64,000 nucleotides of DNA, taken from assembly GCA_965228735.1 (NCBI GenBank), contig OZ245838.1, forward strand, positions 5,632,001 to 5,696,000. The letters run 5' to 3'. How positions within the stretch are numbered: the first letter of the stretch is position 1; every line of letters begins with the position of its first letter. The notes beneath the pieces are model-generated. The model made no database searches. It saw only the letters and a program-made list of their open reading frames with translations, and was not told the DNA's origin. The stretch comes from Planctomycetota bacterium. Its GTDB lineage: Bacteria > Planctomycetota > UBA1135 > UBA2386. The position numbers and the translations under genes are program-made. Shown piece after piece: positions 17,193-27,821 of this stretch.

Positions 17193-20100
17193 CTACTCGA
17201 TCACGATCCGCGCCGTGCCGCCGCCGCCCGCGGGCACCGTGCACGTCGTCGTTCCGCGGCTGTCGTAGTAGCCGCTCACCGACAGCGAGTGCGTGCCGAC
17301 CGGCAGCGGCACGGTGAACTCGAGGTGGTGGGTGAACGTGCCGTAGAACGGTTGGGTGAGCTTGTGCTGCACCGTCCGGCCGGCCGCGTCCTTCGCGATG
17401 AGCTTGCCCGACCACGAGCTCAGGTGGCGGGGGAAGTCGGCCGGCAGGTCGATGCTCAGCCTGGTCGGCGCGTGTTTGGTGAGCGTCGCGGTGGCGCGCG
17501 TCTCGTCGCCTTCCAGCCGCACCTTCTGCGGCGCCGCCCACGCGTCGTTCGACCACGCGCGCAGCGTGTACTCGCCGCGGTAGAGCGTCCGCGACCGCCA
17601 CGTGCCGTCCTTCTGCCGGCGCAGAGCCCAGGTGCTGGTCGACTTGCCGGGGCCGATGAGCTCGACGCGCTTCGGCGGCGAGGTGTCCGCGTCCGCGACG
17701 ATCGTGACGATCGCGCGCCCGAGCTCTTGGAGCACGATGTCACCGAGCGCGATCGTGCCGCCGCCGCGGGCATCGATCGGCGGCAGGGTGAGCCACGGAC
17801 GATTCGGCGCGACGGCGTAGGCGTGATAGCGCCCGGGCGGCAGGTCCTCGGCGGCGAACGCGCCGGTCTCCGGGTCGGTGCGGAACTCGTTGCCCCAGGC
17901 GCTGCCGAACGCGCCCTGCAGGCGGACGTCCGAGTCCGGGACCGGCTTGCCCGCGGCATCGACGATCGCGCCCTGGATCCGATGCATCGCGCGCACGTGA
18001 TCCGGCACGCGGATCCGGTGCTCCATGCCGACCGCGAGCGGTGGCGTGACGAGGCTCGGCCAGCGCGAGAAGTCCTGCCACTTGTTCTCGTGCTTGCCGA
18101 GCGGCGGCGAGACCGCGAGGCGCACGAACGAGCCCGTGGGATAACGGAAACCGGACGAATCCGACGGCAGGCGACCGTCCTCGCCAGTCAACGAGCCGCC
18201 GCGCGGATACTCGCTGCCCGGCGGGATGACGCCGATCTGCCAGCCGGCGAGCGGCTGACCTTTGCTGTCGACGAGCTCGAACTCGACGGGCGAGAGCGAT
18301 GCGCGTTGCGGGTTCCAGGTCGCGACCTCGCCTGGCGCGAGGTCGATGATGCGATTCTCGCAGTGCTCGCACTCGAGCTGGTAGCGGCCCGCGACGAGAC
18401 CGTCGATGACGAAGCGGCCGTCCTTGCCGGAGCGCGACCACGTCTCGAGGAACGGCAGCCCGTGGATGCCTTCGGGGCGGTCGCGGGCGACGACGTTGGT
18501 GCCGCTCAGCGGCTGGCCCTGCACGTTCGTCAGCTGGCCTTCGACGCGTGCACCGCGCGTCATCTTGAAGTCGAGCACGATGCCGCCGTCGCCGCCGTGC
18601 GAGAACCGCAGGTGGCCGCGGCGCGTGACGCCGTCCTTCGTGTGGATCCCGGAGAGCGCGTGGTTGCCGCGGCCGAGTGCGCCGATCGCGAACTTGCCTT
18701 CGGCGTCCGTGATGACGAACTGCGGCTGCCTGGGGATGCTGGTCAGCTGCACGAACGCGAGGTGCGCGCCCTGCAGCGGGTTGCCGTCCTCGTCGTGCGC
18801 CGTGCCGTGGGCGGCGAAGCCCGCTCCCGGCAGCTTCAGCGTCTGCACGCGACGGTCACCGACGGCGCCATCCGCGTTGATGATGCGACTCGGCAGGTGC
18901 CCGTCGGCCCACGCGCGCAGCTGACCGTTGGTGCCGATGTGGCGGCGCACGATCTTGCCCTCGGCGTCGGTGCGGCCGAACGGCGACAGCATCTGGTGCG
19001 GCTGACTGCCGTGGGAGGACTCGACGAGCGCGCCGGCGACCGGTTTGCCGTCGGCGTCGACGACGCGCACCTCGAGCGTCATGCCGCGCTCGATCACGAG
19101 GCGGCAGGTCTCCGGCTCGGTCGGCGGGCGCACGAAGTCCGGCCACCGGATCGTGTCGCGGGCCCCGGTGCCGAGCACGAACACCTCGTGGTAGCCGGGC
19201 CACGGCAGCGCGACCTCGAGCTTGCCGTCGGTGTCCGTCTCCCAGCGTTGCAGCGTCTTGTCGAGCAGGATACCGATCGGCACGCCGGCCGCGGGTTCGT
19301 CGCCTTCTTCGTAGACGACCTCGAACACGACGGTCGGACGCTGCGGGTCGAACGCGGGTCGTTCGTTCTGCGGCGGCGAGGGCATTGCTTCGGTCGGGGA
19401 GTCGTTCACCGCGACGAGTTGTCGGTCGGGCGACGCGCGGCCGAGTTCGGCCCTGGGCGTGGTGGCGGTCGTCGACGCCTGGTGGGGGAGTGGGGTCGGG
19501 TCGTCGCCGACGAACAACGGAATGAGAACGGCGAGAGTTGCCGCGATGGCGGTAGCGATCATCGTTTCGAGCCTCCAGCTCGTGAAGAACAGCGACGATG
19601 ATCCAGCAGCGGTTGCGGGCAGCGAGCCGAGCACGTTGCCGCGCACGGCGGCGAGCACGCGATCCGGGGCGAGCAGCGTCACGGAGACCGCGGTCAATCC
19701 CACGAAGCCCGCCGGCAGCTTGCTGCGCAGCCGTTCGAGCCCGCGCACGACCTGCGTGCGGACCGTGCCCGCGGGCCGGCCGAGCGCGTCACCGATCTCG
19801 CGCGCCGAGAGGCCGTGCTGCAGGTGCAGCACGATCACCTCGCGGAACGGCGGCGGCAGCTCCTGCATCGCCGCGGTCGCGGCGCTGCTGAACTCCCGTT
19901 GCTCGGCCGCGCCGGCTGGCGACTCGCCGCCCGCGACGACCGAATGCAGCGTCGCTGCATCGGGCCCCCGTTGCTTACGAGTCTGCCGCCGGTGCTTGCG
20001 CACGTGATTGGCGAGGATGCCGAGCAGCCAGGGTCGCACGGCGCGCCCCTCGTCCCACTGCTCCGCATCCTCGATCGCGGTGAGAAACGTCGCCTGCAGC

Positions 20101-20252
20101 GCATCGTGCACGAGCTCGCGGTCCCCGTTGCCGAGGTGGGCCGCGACCCGCAGCAACTCCGGCGCGGTCAGGTCGAACACCGCGGCCAGGGCCTCAGGTT
20201 CGCCGGTGCGCCGGAAGTGTGCGAAGCGTTCGTTCTCGTCGATTCGAGTCAT
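17193..20252 (-). CDS. ECF sigma factor fused to TM segment and carboxypeptidase-regulatory-like beta-sandwich repeats
   Basis: DALQATFL...PWLLGILAN; LPPPFREVIVL...GTVRTQVVRGLERLR; hydrophobic segment; repeated G.V.D..G.P..GA.V...TD.EG.F. Confidence 0.9.
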   Translation of the reverse strand: MTRIDENERFAHFRRTGEPEALAAVFDLTAPELLRVAAHLGNGDRELVHDALQATFLTAIEDAEQWDEGRAVRPWLLGILANHVRKHRRQTRKQRGPDAATLHSVVAGGESPAGAAEQREFSSAATAAMQELPPPFREVIVLHLQHGLSAREIGDALGRPAGTVRTQVVRGLERLRSKLPAGFVGLTAVSVTLLAPDRVLAAVRGNVLGSLPATAAGSSSLFFTSWRLETMIATAIAATLAVLIPLFVGDDPTPLPHQASTTATTPRAELGRASPDRQLVAVNDSPTEAMPSPPQNERPAFDPQRPTVVFEVVYEEGDEPAAGVPIGILLDKTLQRWETDTDGKLEVALPWPGYHEVFVLGTGARDTIRWPDFVRPPTEPETCRLVIERGMTLEVRVVDADGKPVAGALVESSHGSQPHQMLSPFGRTDAEGKIVRRHIGTNGQLRAWADGHLPSRIINADGAVGDRRVQTLKLPGAGFAAHGTAHDEDGNPLQGAHLAFVQLTSIPRQPQFVITDAEGKFAIGALGRGNHALSGIHTKDGVTRRGHLRFSHGGDGGIVLDFKMTRGARVEGQLTNVQGQPLSGTNVVARDRPEGIHGLPFLETWSRSGKDGRFVIDGLVAGRYQLECEHCENRIIDLAPGEVATWNPQRASLSPVEFELVDSKGQPLAGWQIGVIPPGSEYPRGGSLTGEDGRLPSDSSGFRYPTGSFVRLAVSPPLGKHENKWQDFSRWPSLVTPPLAVGMEHRIRVPDHVRAMHRIQGAIVDAAGKPVPDSDVRLQGAFGSAWGNEFRTDPETGAFAAEDLPPGRYHAYAVAPNRPWLTLPPIDARGGGTIALGDIVLQELGRAIVTIVADADTSPPKRVELIGPGKSTSTWALRRQKDGTWRSRTLYRGEYTLRAWSNDAWAAPQKVRLEGDETRATATLTKHAPTRLSIDLPADFPRHLSSWSGKLIAKDAAGRTVQHKLTQPFYGTFTHHLEFTVPLPVGTHSLSVSGYYDSRGTTTCTVPAGGGGTARIVIE

Positions 20253-20373
20253 CGTCGACTGTGCTGCCCCGCGTGGCGGCGAGTGCGCCCCGATTCTCGC
20301 GAAAAGCTGGCGCGGAGGAACGGCCGGTCGGTGGCGCGTTTGCGATCCGATACGATCCGGCGTCGTGCCAGCC

Positions 20374-20943
20374 GTGCAACCCGAGTTCGAGAGCCGGTCG
20401 ACACGCCGCGCGGGGGTGGTGGGCGTCCTTCTTGTTGGGCTCGCTGCCTGTGCGGCGAATCCGGCGTCGGATTCGCTGGCCGGCTCAGCGGCCGGTCCGG
20501 TGGCGACGTCGGCGGTCGAGCGGAGCGAAGGCGGGCCCTGGCTCGGCGCCGAGTTCGGCCAACTCGTGACGATCGATGCCGAGGTCCGGGTCGTTCGGCC
20601 CGGCAAAGGCCCGGTCGCCCAGGTGCTCCGCATCGCGCGGGTCGACGGCCGGGCCGTCGACGAGTTCGAGATCGAATGGACCTACGGCGGCCACCTCGCG
20701 GAACGGGCGGCGGCTGCCGGAGTCGGGGGTTCCGTCATCGAGCCGGGGCGCCGCTACCGACTGCGCGGCTACGAGACCGGCGGCTGGGCCGGCTCACCGC
20801 CTGCCGCCAGGCTGATCCCGGTGGACGAGTTCGGCCCGCCCCAGGTGCGCAACTTCGGGTTCCGCCGAGTCTTTCGGGTGCTCGACGGCGAGGTCGTCGG
20901 GTCGCCGAGTGCGGGTTCATCCGGGGCTCCGCCTCGTGATTGA
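20374..20943 (+). CDS. Putative lipoprotein, unknown function (start uncertain)
   Basis: VLLVGLAA-C lipobox; GTG at 20374 chosen; coding-like codon pattern. Confidence 0.6.
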   Translation: MQPEFESRSTRRAGVVGVLLVGLAACAANPASDSLAGSAAGPVATSAVERSEGGPWLGAEFGQLVTIDAEVRVVRPGKGPVAQVLRIARVDGRAVDEFEIEWTYGGHLAERAAAAGVGGSVIEPGRRYRLRGYETGGWAGSPPAARLIPVDEFGPPQVRNFGFRRVFRVLDGEVVGSPSAGSSGAPPRD

Positions 20944-21376
20944 CCTCTGGATCGACATCGCCTTCGGCGCCGTCCTGGTGGCGGTTGGGCCGGTTGCCGG
21001 TCGGGCGCCGGATGTGCCGGGGCGCAGCACCGTAGCTGGATATGTGGCCGCCGTGTCGCCGGCCGCGCTGAGCGTGCTGTTGGTCTTGTCGCTGGCAGTT
21101 CACGGGTATGCCGAGTTCGGCAGCTGGCCGCCGGCACCGGGGACCGAAGGTTTGCCGCAGGCGCTGGCCATCCATGCGGCCTTCTCGATGCGGGTGTTGG
21201 GGATGGTGGCGGCGGGTGGTCTCTTCGTCTGGCCGCTTGCCCTTCTCATCACAACGATCGTCCCGGCGATGCGGCGTGATCGGCCGTTCGTTCTGGCCTA
21301 CGGGGCGGCCGCGGCCGTGGCGGTCGGCGTGACCTTGCTCGCACCAGCCCCGTTCCGCACCTGGTGGTGGGATTGA
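20936..21376 (+). CDS. Hypothetical membrane protein (start uncertain)
   Basis: Three to four hydrophobic segments; ends FRTWWWD; overlaps the previous stop. Confidence 0.6.
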   Translation: MIDLWIDIAFGAVLVAVGPVAGRAPDVPGRSTVAGYVAAVSPAALSVLLVLSLAVHGYAEFGSWPPAPGTEGLPQALAIHAAFSMRVLGMVAAGGLFVWPLALLITTIVPAMRRDRPFVLAYGAAAAVAVGVTLLAPAPFRTWWWD

Positions 21377-21389
21377 CCGCGCCGCTCGC

Positions 21390-21635
21390 CTACCAGACGT
21401 TGAAGTGCAGCCCGAGCGCGTAGGCGATGGGGCCGCCGATGAGCAGCAGCATGATGCCGCGGCCGATCCACTCCTGCCGCGCGAGGTGCTTCTGGTCGAG
21501 CATCCGCACGTTGCCGATCGGCGGCAGGTGATAGTCCGCGCCGCGCCGCTGGGGCGCCCGAGCGCGAGCGCGGAAGGCGTCGGGTTCCTGGGGCTCGTAG
21601 GGGTTCTTCACCCTGTAAGGGTAGGTCCGTGACAC
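21390..21635 (-). CDS. Small protein with C-terminal TM helix
   Basis: 81-aa ORF ending GIMLLLIGGPIAYALGLHFNVW. Confidence 0.6.
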   Translation of the reverse strand: MSRTYPYRVKNPYEPQEPDAFRARARAPQRRGADYHLPPIGNVRMLDQKHLARQEWIGRGIMLLLIGGPIAYALGLHFNVW

Positions 21636-21731
21636 GAATGCGACAAGTGCCGCCAGCCCATGACGGGGGGTGCGTACGGCAGGCCGGCAGTTCGAACCGC
21701 GTACCGTACGCCAGTCCCGGTCGTGCGTCGG

Positions 21732-22886
21732 CTAGAAGCTCTGGCGCGTGCAGCCGTTGGCGTAGGCCATGCTCGTCGCCGGGTCGATGCCGATCGACTG
21801 GTGCACGATGCTCAGGCCGCCGATGAGCGTGCGGGCGGTCGGTGAGAAGTTCCAGGCGAACGTCGCTTCGCCGCCGCTCGTGAAGCCGAGCGCGATCTGC
21901 GAGAACGACGTCGTGTCGATGCACACCGCACCTTCACCGGGAACGAACAGCGACAGCGGGATGTCGGGCGCGATCGGCTGGAACGACGCGAAGAAGAACA
22001 CGGCCGAGTTGTCCGGCATGCCGGCCATGAACCAGCGGCTCACGATGTCGTCCATGCGACCCGGGTTGAGCGGCGGGTTGGCCGCGTCCGGGTAGAGGCC
22101 CGAGCCGCCGCCGGCCATGCCGGGGGGCGCGTTGCTGGCCACTGCCGAGGTCTGGTTGGTGACGGTGCACGCGACGCCCGCAGCGCCCGGCACGATCGCC
22201 TCGATCATCCACTGGCGTGACGTCGTCGTGTAGGTCGGGCCGAGCGTCGACGACGGGACGTAGTAGCCGCTCTGCCCTTCGCCGGGCGGCCCCGACGGCT
22301 GCGCGGGCCCCGCGAGGTCGTAGCTCGTGGCCGGCGGTTGGAACACGTAGTACATCGCGTGGCACGACAGTCCGTCGTTGGGCCACGTGGTTCCGGTCGG
22401 CTGCGGCAGTCCGATGCCGAGGAAGACGTCCGCGTTGGCGGGCGTCGTCATCGGGGTCGCGAAGTTCATCGAGTACCCGAACGCGATGGCGCCGGTCGCG
22501 GTGCTCGCCGGGGTCGGGAACGGGCCGGCCATGCCCTGCGGAGCGGTCACCAGCGGGTAGTCCAGGTTGGCCGGGTCCTCGGTGTAGACCAACAGGTCGT
22601 AGGTCTCGGGCGTGTTGCCGATCTGGTCCTGGATCGTGCCGGTGATGCCGGTCACGGTGCGCATCCCGGGGCTGCTCGCGTCGACGCCCCAGCCCGCGTA
22701 GCGGTCGCTGTCCAGCCGGACGAACGCGACGCTCGGGTTGGTATTGGGCGAGGAGTTGCTACCGCGCGAGGTGAACGAGACGCCGGTGTTGAGCAGCACG
22801 CCGAGCTCGCTCTGGGCGGCGGCGACGGTGGTCAGGGCGAGCGGCGCGAGCGCCGCGAGAACGAGAGGGCAGACAGATCGGGGCAT
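21732..22886 (-). CDS. Secreted protein with a divergent copy of the shared C-terminal domain
   Basis: Signal peptide MPRSVCPL...AAA-Q; C-terminus IPLSLFVPGEGAVCID...GGLSIVHQSIGIDP...ANGC. Confidence 0.8.
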   Translation of the reverse strand: MPRSVCPLVLAALAPLALTTVAAAQSELGVLLNTGVSFTSRGSNSSPNTNPSVAFVRLDSDRYAGWGVDASSPGMRTVTGITGTIQDQIGNTPETYDLLVYTEDPANLDYPLVTAPQGMAGPFPTPASTATGAIAFGYSMNFATPMTTPANADVFLGIGLPQPTGTTWPNDGLSCHAMYYVFQPPATSYDLAGPAQPSGPPGEGQSGYYVPSSTLGPTYTTTSRQWMIEAIVPGAAGVACTVTNQTSAVASNAPPGMAGGGSGLYPDAANPPLNPGRMDDIVSRWFMAGMPDNSAVFFFASFQPIAPDIPLSLFVPGEGAVCIDTTSFSQIALGFTSGGEATFAWNFSPTARTLIGGLSIVHQSIGIDPATSMAYANGCTRQSF

Positions 22887-23078
22887 GGACTTCTCCGTCG
22901 AATACGAGTGGCCCGAGTGTAGCCGACCGAACGGGTTTCGTGTGATCGGGCCGTCCGGTTCTCGACGCCTCGAAAACCGCGGCCTCCGCGCCTCGTAATC
23001 GGTCCCCAGAAACGACGGACTCCCCGATCGCCGCGGTCGGGGAAGGTGCGGCTGCGTCATCGTGCTATCGTGGCCCGG

Positions 23079-24980
23079 ATGCGCGCCCTCGTCCCCGTCG
23101 CGATGACCGCAGCCGTGCTCGCCGTCGGCCGGCTCCAGGCCCAGGAGGTCCACCCCGACGAACTCGTTCTCAAGCCGCAGGTGGACGAGGCGATCGCGGC
23201 CGGCGTCGAACGTCTCCTCGACCAACAGCTGCGCGACGGCTCGTTCGGCGTGCACGGCAACCACCTCGGTGGCCAGACCGCGCTCTGCGCGTACGCGCTG
23301 CTGAAGTGCGGCGTGCCGCTCGATCATCCGGCGTTGCTGCGCGCGTTCGCGTTCCTCGACAACGTCGAGCCGATCAACACCTACGCGATCGGCTGCATGA
23401 TGCTCGCGTATCACGTGACCGGCGAGGCCGGGCACAACGAGCGCCTCGAGGAGTTGCTCGAGCGGATGCTCGACCGCCAGCACAAACACGGGACGTGGGC
23501 GTACCCGAGCGGGGCGCCCGACCTGTCCAACACCCAGTATGCGGCGCTCGGTCTGTGGGCGGCGAACAAGGCCGGGTGCAAGATCCCGCCCGAGGTCTGG
23601 GAGGAACTGGCGCGCGGCACGATGGCGCACCAGGAAGCGTTTCGCATGGCCGACGTCGGGGAGAGCGGCCGCACCGGCGCCGCGCAACGCGAGATCGCGG
23701 GCTTCCAGTATCACGCCAAGGGTTCCAAGGAGAACACCAACGCGACGGGCACGATGACGACGGCCGGCGTCTCGATCCTGCGCATCTGCGAGATCGGCCT
23801 CGGCAAGAGGTTGCGCGGCAGCGAGCGCAAGGAGCTCACCCGTTCGCTCGAGGCCGGCATGAACTGGCTCGACGTCAACTTCAGCGTGACGCGCGACCAG
23901 AAACCCGACGGCCGTGCCGGGCGCTGGCTGCTCTATTACCTCTACGGCATCGAGCGCGTCGGCGGGCTGATGCGGCGCGAGCAGTTCGGCCAGCACTGGT
24001 GGTACGTCGAGGCCGCGCGCGAGCTGCTGAAGCGCCGCAAGAAGAAGGAGGGCGGCTGGGGTGCCGTGCACGACACGTGCTTTGCGCTGCTCGTGCTGCG
24101 GCGTGCGACGATGTCCGGGCCGATGACCGGTGAGGGCGCCGGCTCTGGCAAGTCGACGCACCTGTTCGCCTCGGGGCGCGCCGGCGACGAGATCCAGCTG
24201 CGCGGCGCCGGCCAGCAGCCGCTCGTGCTCTACATCGAGAAGTTCGGGCAGCGGGTGCTCAGCAAGCACAAGAAGTATGGGCTGCGCATCCTGCGGGTCG
24301 AGTACCTCGAGGGTGAGCGCGTTCTCGGGCAGCTCGCCGCGGATCCGACGAAGGCCTGGACCGAGCTCGACACGTTCGTGCATCGGTGCCCGGCGCTGCC
24401 GTACGGCGTGCACTCGATCCACGCGCGCGTCGTCGCGGTCGCGCCCGAGTGCCCGCCCGGAGAGGTCGCCGAGACCGTGACGTTCGGCTCCAAGCCCATG
24501 GAAGTCCGGATCCGCGACGTCTTCGAGCCGTGGATGCAGGAGCTCGCGGAGATGCAGCGCGACAACGAGCTCAAGGGGATGAAGGTCACGGTGACCGTGA
24601 GCAGCCGGGAGAAGGAAGCGCCGCGCGTCGTCGACGGCATGACGCACACGCACTGGCTGTGCGATCCGGAGGACGAGAGCCCGACGGTGACGCTCGAGTT
24701 CGAAGAGCCCGTGCGCGTGCGCCGTCTCGTGCTCACGCAGCCGCTGCAGAAGCGCGAGGACCTTCGGCGCATGGGGCTCATCCGGCGGCTCGAGGTGCAG
24801 TGGAACGACAGCAAGTCGACCGAGTTCATCGAGCTGCACCCCAACCCGCTCGCGGCGACGGAGTACGAGCTCAAGCGTACGAAGCGCGTGCGCAAGCTGA
24901 CGCTCCAGGTCGTGGATCGCGGGGGCAAGCCCGGGCTGCCCGTCGGCTTCTCCGAGATCGTGGTGGAGCGGCGCAAGTGA
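23079..24980 (+). CDS. Secreted prenyltransferase/squalene-oxidase-repeat protein with C-terminal discoidin-like domain
   Basis: LLDQQLRDGSF, G.WAY...DLSNTQYAALGL, TMTTAG, YYLYGIERVG, DTCFALLVL; C-terminal VDG...THW...TLEF..PV.VRRL.L. Confidence 0.8.
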   Translation: MRALVPVAMTAAVLAVGRLQAQEVHPDELVLKPQVDEAIAAGVERLLDQQLRDGSFGVHGNHLGGQTALCAYALLKCGVPLDHPALLRAFAFLDNVEPINTYAIGCMMLAYHVTGEAGHNERLEELLERMLDRQHKHGTWAYPSGAPDLSNTQYAALGLWAANKAGCKIPPEVWEELARGTMAHQEAFRMADVGESGRTGAAQREIAGFQYHAKGSKENTNATGTMTTAGVSILRICEIGLGKRLRGSERKELTRSLEAGMNWLDVNFSVTRDQKPDGRAGRWLLYYLYGIERVGGLMRREQFGQHWWYVEAARELLKRRKKKEGGWGAVHDTCFALLVLRRATMSGPMTGEGAGSGKSTHLFASGRAGDEIQLRGAGQQPLVLYIEKFGQRVLSKHKKYGLRILRVEYLEGERVLGQLAADPTKAWTELDTFVHRCPALPYGVHSIHARVVAVAPECPPGEVAETVTFGSKPMEVRIRDVFEPWMQELAEMQRDNELKGMKVTVTVSSREKEAPRVVDGMTHTHWLCDPEDESPTVTLEFEEPVRVRRLVLTQPLQKREDLRRMGLIRRLEVQWNDSKSTEFIELHPNPLAATEYELKRTKRVRKLTLQVVDRGGKPGLPVGFSEIVVERRK

Positions 24981-26644
24981 GCCGGCGGACTTCGTGGTTG
25001 CTCGCCGGCGTCGCGGTGATCGCCGGCGCTGCAGCGCTGCCCGCGCAGAACGGGGATGTCGGCAAGGCGCTGCGCGCGCTGCGGGGCGGCGATGCCGACG
25101 CCTACGAGCCGGCGGAACGCCGGGCGCTCGTGCGCACCGTGCTCGCCGACCCGGAACGGCACCGCGCGCTCGAGGACGCGCTCGACGCCCGGATCGCGGT
25201 GGCCGTGCGCGACTATGCGGACGCGCTCGATGAACCGATCCGCGCGGCCTACATCGATCGCCTCCGGTCGCTCGAGCCGGCAGAGCTGCGCGAAGTCGCG
25301 CGCGTGCGACGCGTGTGGCGCAACTACGTCCTGCAACCGTCGACGCAGCTGCACTTCCAGCAACACTTCCTCGAACCCGCGACGGCCGTCGGTCAGCTGC
25401 TGCTGCCCGACGTCGCGCTGCTCGGCACCAAGGCGAGCGCTGCGGTGCTGCGGCGGATGCGCGAGCTCGACGGCTACCGTACGCTCGTGCGCGAGGCGCA
25501 GGGGCTCGGCGAGGATCCGACGGCGGGCCGGAAGGCGCCGACCGGCATCCCGCTGCCGCCGCTCGATCGACCGCGTGGCTTCGAGGAGTTCCTCGATCAT
25601 CTGCATCGCTCGCTGGCTGTCGCGAGCAGCGTCGCGGCGAAAGGGGCGCGCGATATCCTGCTGGACAACGCCGTGCAGGCGCGCTTCATCGACTTCGAGG
25701 AAGCGGAGTTCGTGCTCTACAGCAACGAGATCCGCGCGCTCATGGGCGTCGTCGCGTGGTCGACGGACGTGCTCGCATGCGCCGCGACCCGCGATCACAG
25801 CAAGGATCGCGTCGAGGGCAACGCGAAGGGTCACTGGTCGAGCCTGCCGGGCAAGCGCGGCTTCGTCGATCGCCTGCGGCGCTTCGGCACGGGCGGCACG
25901 AGCGAGGGTGCCGGCGGCGGCAACAGCGGGCGCCGCTACCTGCACGGTCTGAGCTACGGCGGCGGTCACACCGGGCCGCTGTACTCGATGCAGCGGAACC
26001 AGGTCGGGGTCGGGCGCTTCGGCAACTGCTACACGAGCACGTACGGCAAGAACGGGGGCAAGATCCACTCGTGTCAGGCCAGCGAGGGCGAGCTGTTCAT
26101 GCCGCCCGGGATCGGCCCGTCGGACATCGCGAGCAAGAGTCTGGAGGGCGTCTACCAGACGCTGTTGTTCGAGAACTACGTCGGCGCCGAGCAACTGCTC
26201 GACGAGGCGAAGGCAAAGACCGCGCCCGACAAGTTTCTGCGCAAGTACCTCGCCATCGCGATCGACGTCGAGGCGGATTGGCAGATCGAGTGCCTGCGGC
26301 GCTACGCGACCGTTGGCGACCTGCTCGCGGTCGAGCACCGGATCGCGACCATCCGCGGTATGTTCGGCGACTCGCTCGACCAGCGGTTGCGGCCGTTCGA
26401 GAAGCGGCTCGCGACGCGCGCGGCGGCCGATGTGCTCGCCGCCGGGCGCGACTTCGAGGCGGCGTGCAAGAGCGCGGACCAGGGGGCGTTCGAGGTCGTG
26501 ACGACCGCGCATCCGGAAACGGTCTACGCGCAGGCGGCACAGCACTATCTCGCCGCGGAGCAGGACAAGCACAAGGAGCCGCGCAGCTGGTTCCTCACCG
26601 TCGATCCGTACCTCGCCCGTTTCGAGTTCATGAACCCCAGGTAG
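24977..26644 (+). CDS. Secreted protein with a CAP/SCP-like domain
   Basis: GTGA overlap; signal peptide ...LPA-Q; N.IRALMG......L...ATRDHSKD......HWS..PG...F.DR..RFG. Confidence 0.7.
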   Translation: MSRRTSWLLAGVAVIAGAAALPAQNGDVGKALRALRGGDADAYEPAERRALVRTVLADPERHRALEDALDARIAVAVRDYADALDEPIRAAYIDRLRSLEPAELREVARVRRVWRNYVLQPSTQLHFQQHFLEPATAVGQLLLPDVALLGTKASAAVLRRMRELDGYRTLVREAQGLGEDPTAGRKAPTGIPLPPLDRPRGFEEFLDHLHRSLAVASSVAAKGARDILLDNAVQARFIDFEEAEFVLYSNEIRALMGVVAWSTDVLACAATRDHSKDRVEGNAKGHWSSLPGKRGFVDRLRRFGTGGTSEGAGGGNSGRRYLHGLSYGGGHTGPLYSMQRNQVGVGRFGNCYTSTYGKNGGKIHSCQASEGELFMPPGIGPSDIASKSLEGVYQTLLFENYVGAEQLLDEAKAKTAPDKFLRKYLAIAIDVEADWQIECLRRYATVGDLLAVEHRIATIRGMFGDSLDQRLRPFEKRLATRAAADVLAAGRDFEAACKSADQGAFEVVTTAHPETVYAQAAQHYLAAEQDKHKEPRSWFLTVDPYLARFEFMNPR

Positions 26645-26648
26645 CGCC

Positions 26649-27806
26649 ATGCCACACGTCCCCGTCGGGTCCGTTCTTCTCGTCCTTGTCGCCGCGACCG
26701 CTGGGAGCGCGAGGTTGAAGGCCCAATGGACCGGCGAGTGGACGATGGACATGACGGCGGGCAGCGTCGCGTTCGACCTGACGCCCAACGCCAACGACGG
26801 CGCGCTCATGAGCTTCACGGGGCCCAACCCATGGGTGCCGGGGATGTTCGGCAACGCGCTCTCGTTCGACGGGGTCGACGACTACGTGATGACGGCCAAC
26901 CAGACCGCCTCGATCTACGACGGTCTCGGGTCGCCCTACTCGGTGTGCTATTGGGTCAAAGCGCCGGCGCAGAACAACGCGTTCGTCTACGCCGAGGGCA
27001 CGATCGGCACGTCGGCGATCTTCATCTTCGGCAGCGGCCAGTTCCTGGCGGACCAGGACAAGTTTCGCACCTACCTGCGGAACGATCAGGGCGACGTGCC
27101 GCTCGTCGGAGTGTCCGACACGGTCGTCTACGACGACACGTGGCACCACGTCGCGTTCGTCGACGTCGCGGGCGACGTCAGCCTCTACATCGACGGCGTG
27201 CTCGACACGGCGACCATCGCCTACGATCCGTTGCGGCTGCCGGGCATGCCCGGTCACGGCACGTTCTCGATGAATACGGCGTCGATCGGCGCGCTGCGGC
27301 GCGGGTCGGTCTGCTGCAACATGGTCGGTCTCGTCGACGACCTGCGGCTCTACGACTTCGCGATGACCCAGACGGACGTGATGCTCGCGATGGCCAGCGT
27401 GCCGCTGATCACCGAGTCGGCGAGTGTCGGCGAGTACGGCGTCGGGTGCGGCGCGGGGCCGTTCGACGCGGTCGGTGTCGGCAGCGCGTCGCTCGGCGGC
27501 CCGGGGCTGCGTGTGGACATGCAGTCGGGACCGCCGAACGCACTCGCGTTTCAGCTCTGCAGCTTCCGGCCGATCCAGCCCGTCGACCTCGGGCAGTTCG
27601 GCTTCGCCGGTTGCACGGGCTACCCCCAGACGCCGACGTCGTTCGTCGTCGGGTTCCTGGACGCGGCGGGCAGTGGCAGCGGCCCGCTGATCGCGATCCC
27701 CAACAACCCGCTGCTGTCGTTCGTGCCGCTCAACTGTCAGGCGGCGGTGCTCGCCGGTTCGACGATCGAGTTCTCCGACGTCGTGCTCGCGGTGATGGGG
27801 CGGTAG
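26649..27806 (+). CDS. Secreted LamG/concanavalin-like protein with the shared C-terminal domain
   Basis: GMFGNALSFDGVDDYV, WHHVAFV, LYIDG, GLVDDLRLYD; C-terminus YGVGC...FGFAGC...IPNNPLL...CQAAVL. Confidence 0.9.
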   Translation: MPHVPVGSVLLVLVAATAGSARLKAQWTGEWTMDMTAGSVAFDLTPNANDGALMSFTGPNPWVPGMFGNALSFDGVDDYVMTANQTASIYDGLGSPYSVCYWVKAPAQNNAFVYAEGTIGTSAIFIFGSGQFLADQDKFRTYLRNDQGDVPLVGVSDTVVYDDTWHHVAFVDVAGDVSLYIDGVLDTATIAYDPLRLPGMPGHGTFSMNTASIGALRRGSVCCNMVGLVDDLRLYDFAMTQTDVMLAMASVPLITESASVGEYGVGCGAGPFDAVGVGSASLGGPGLRVDMQSGPPNALAFQLCSFRPIQPVDLGQFGFAGCTGYPQTPTSFVVGFLDAAGSGSGPLIAIPNNPLLSFVPLNCQAAVLAGSTIEFSDVVLAVMGR

Positions 27807-27821
27807 CGGCCGCGGCGATGT

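Noticed and set aside
22887..24839. N-terminal extension of the 1035-aa minus ORF, and similar extensions at 33999-34562, 10626-11330 and 24386-24976
   Set aside because: They overlap real genes; signal peptides or TM anchors mark the true downstream starts.
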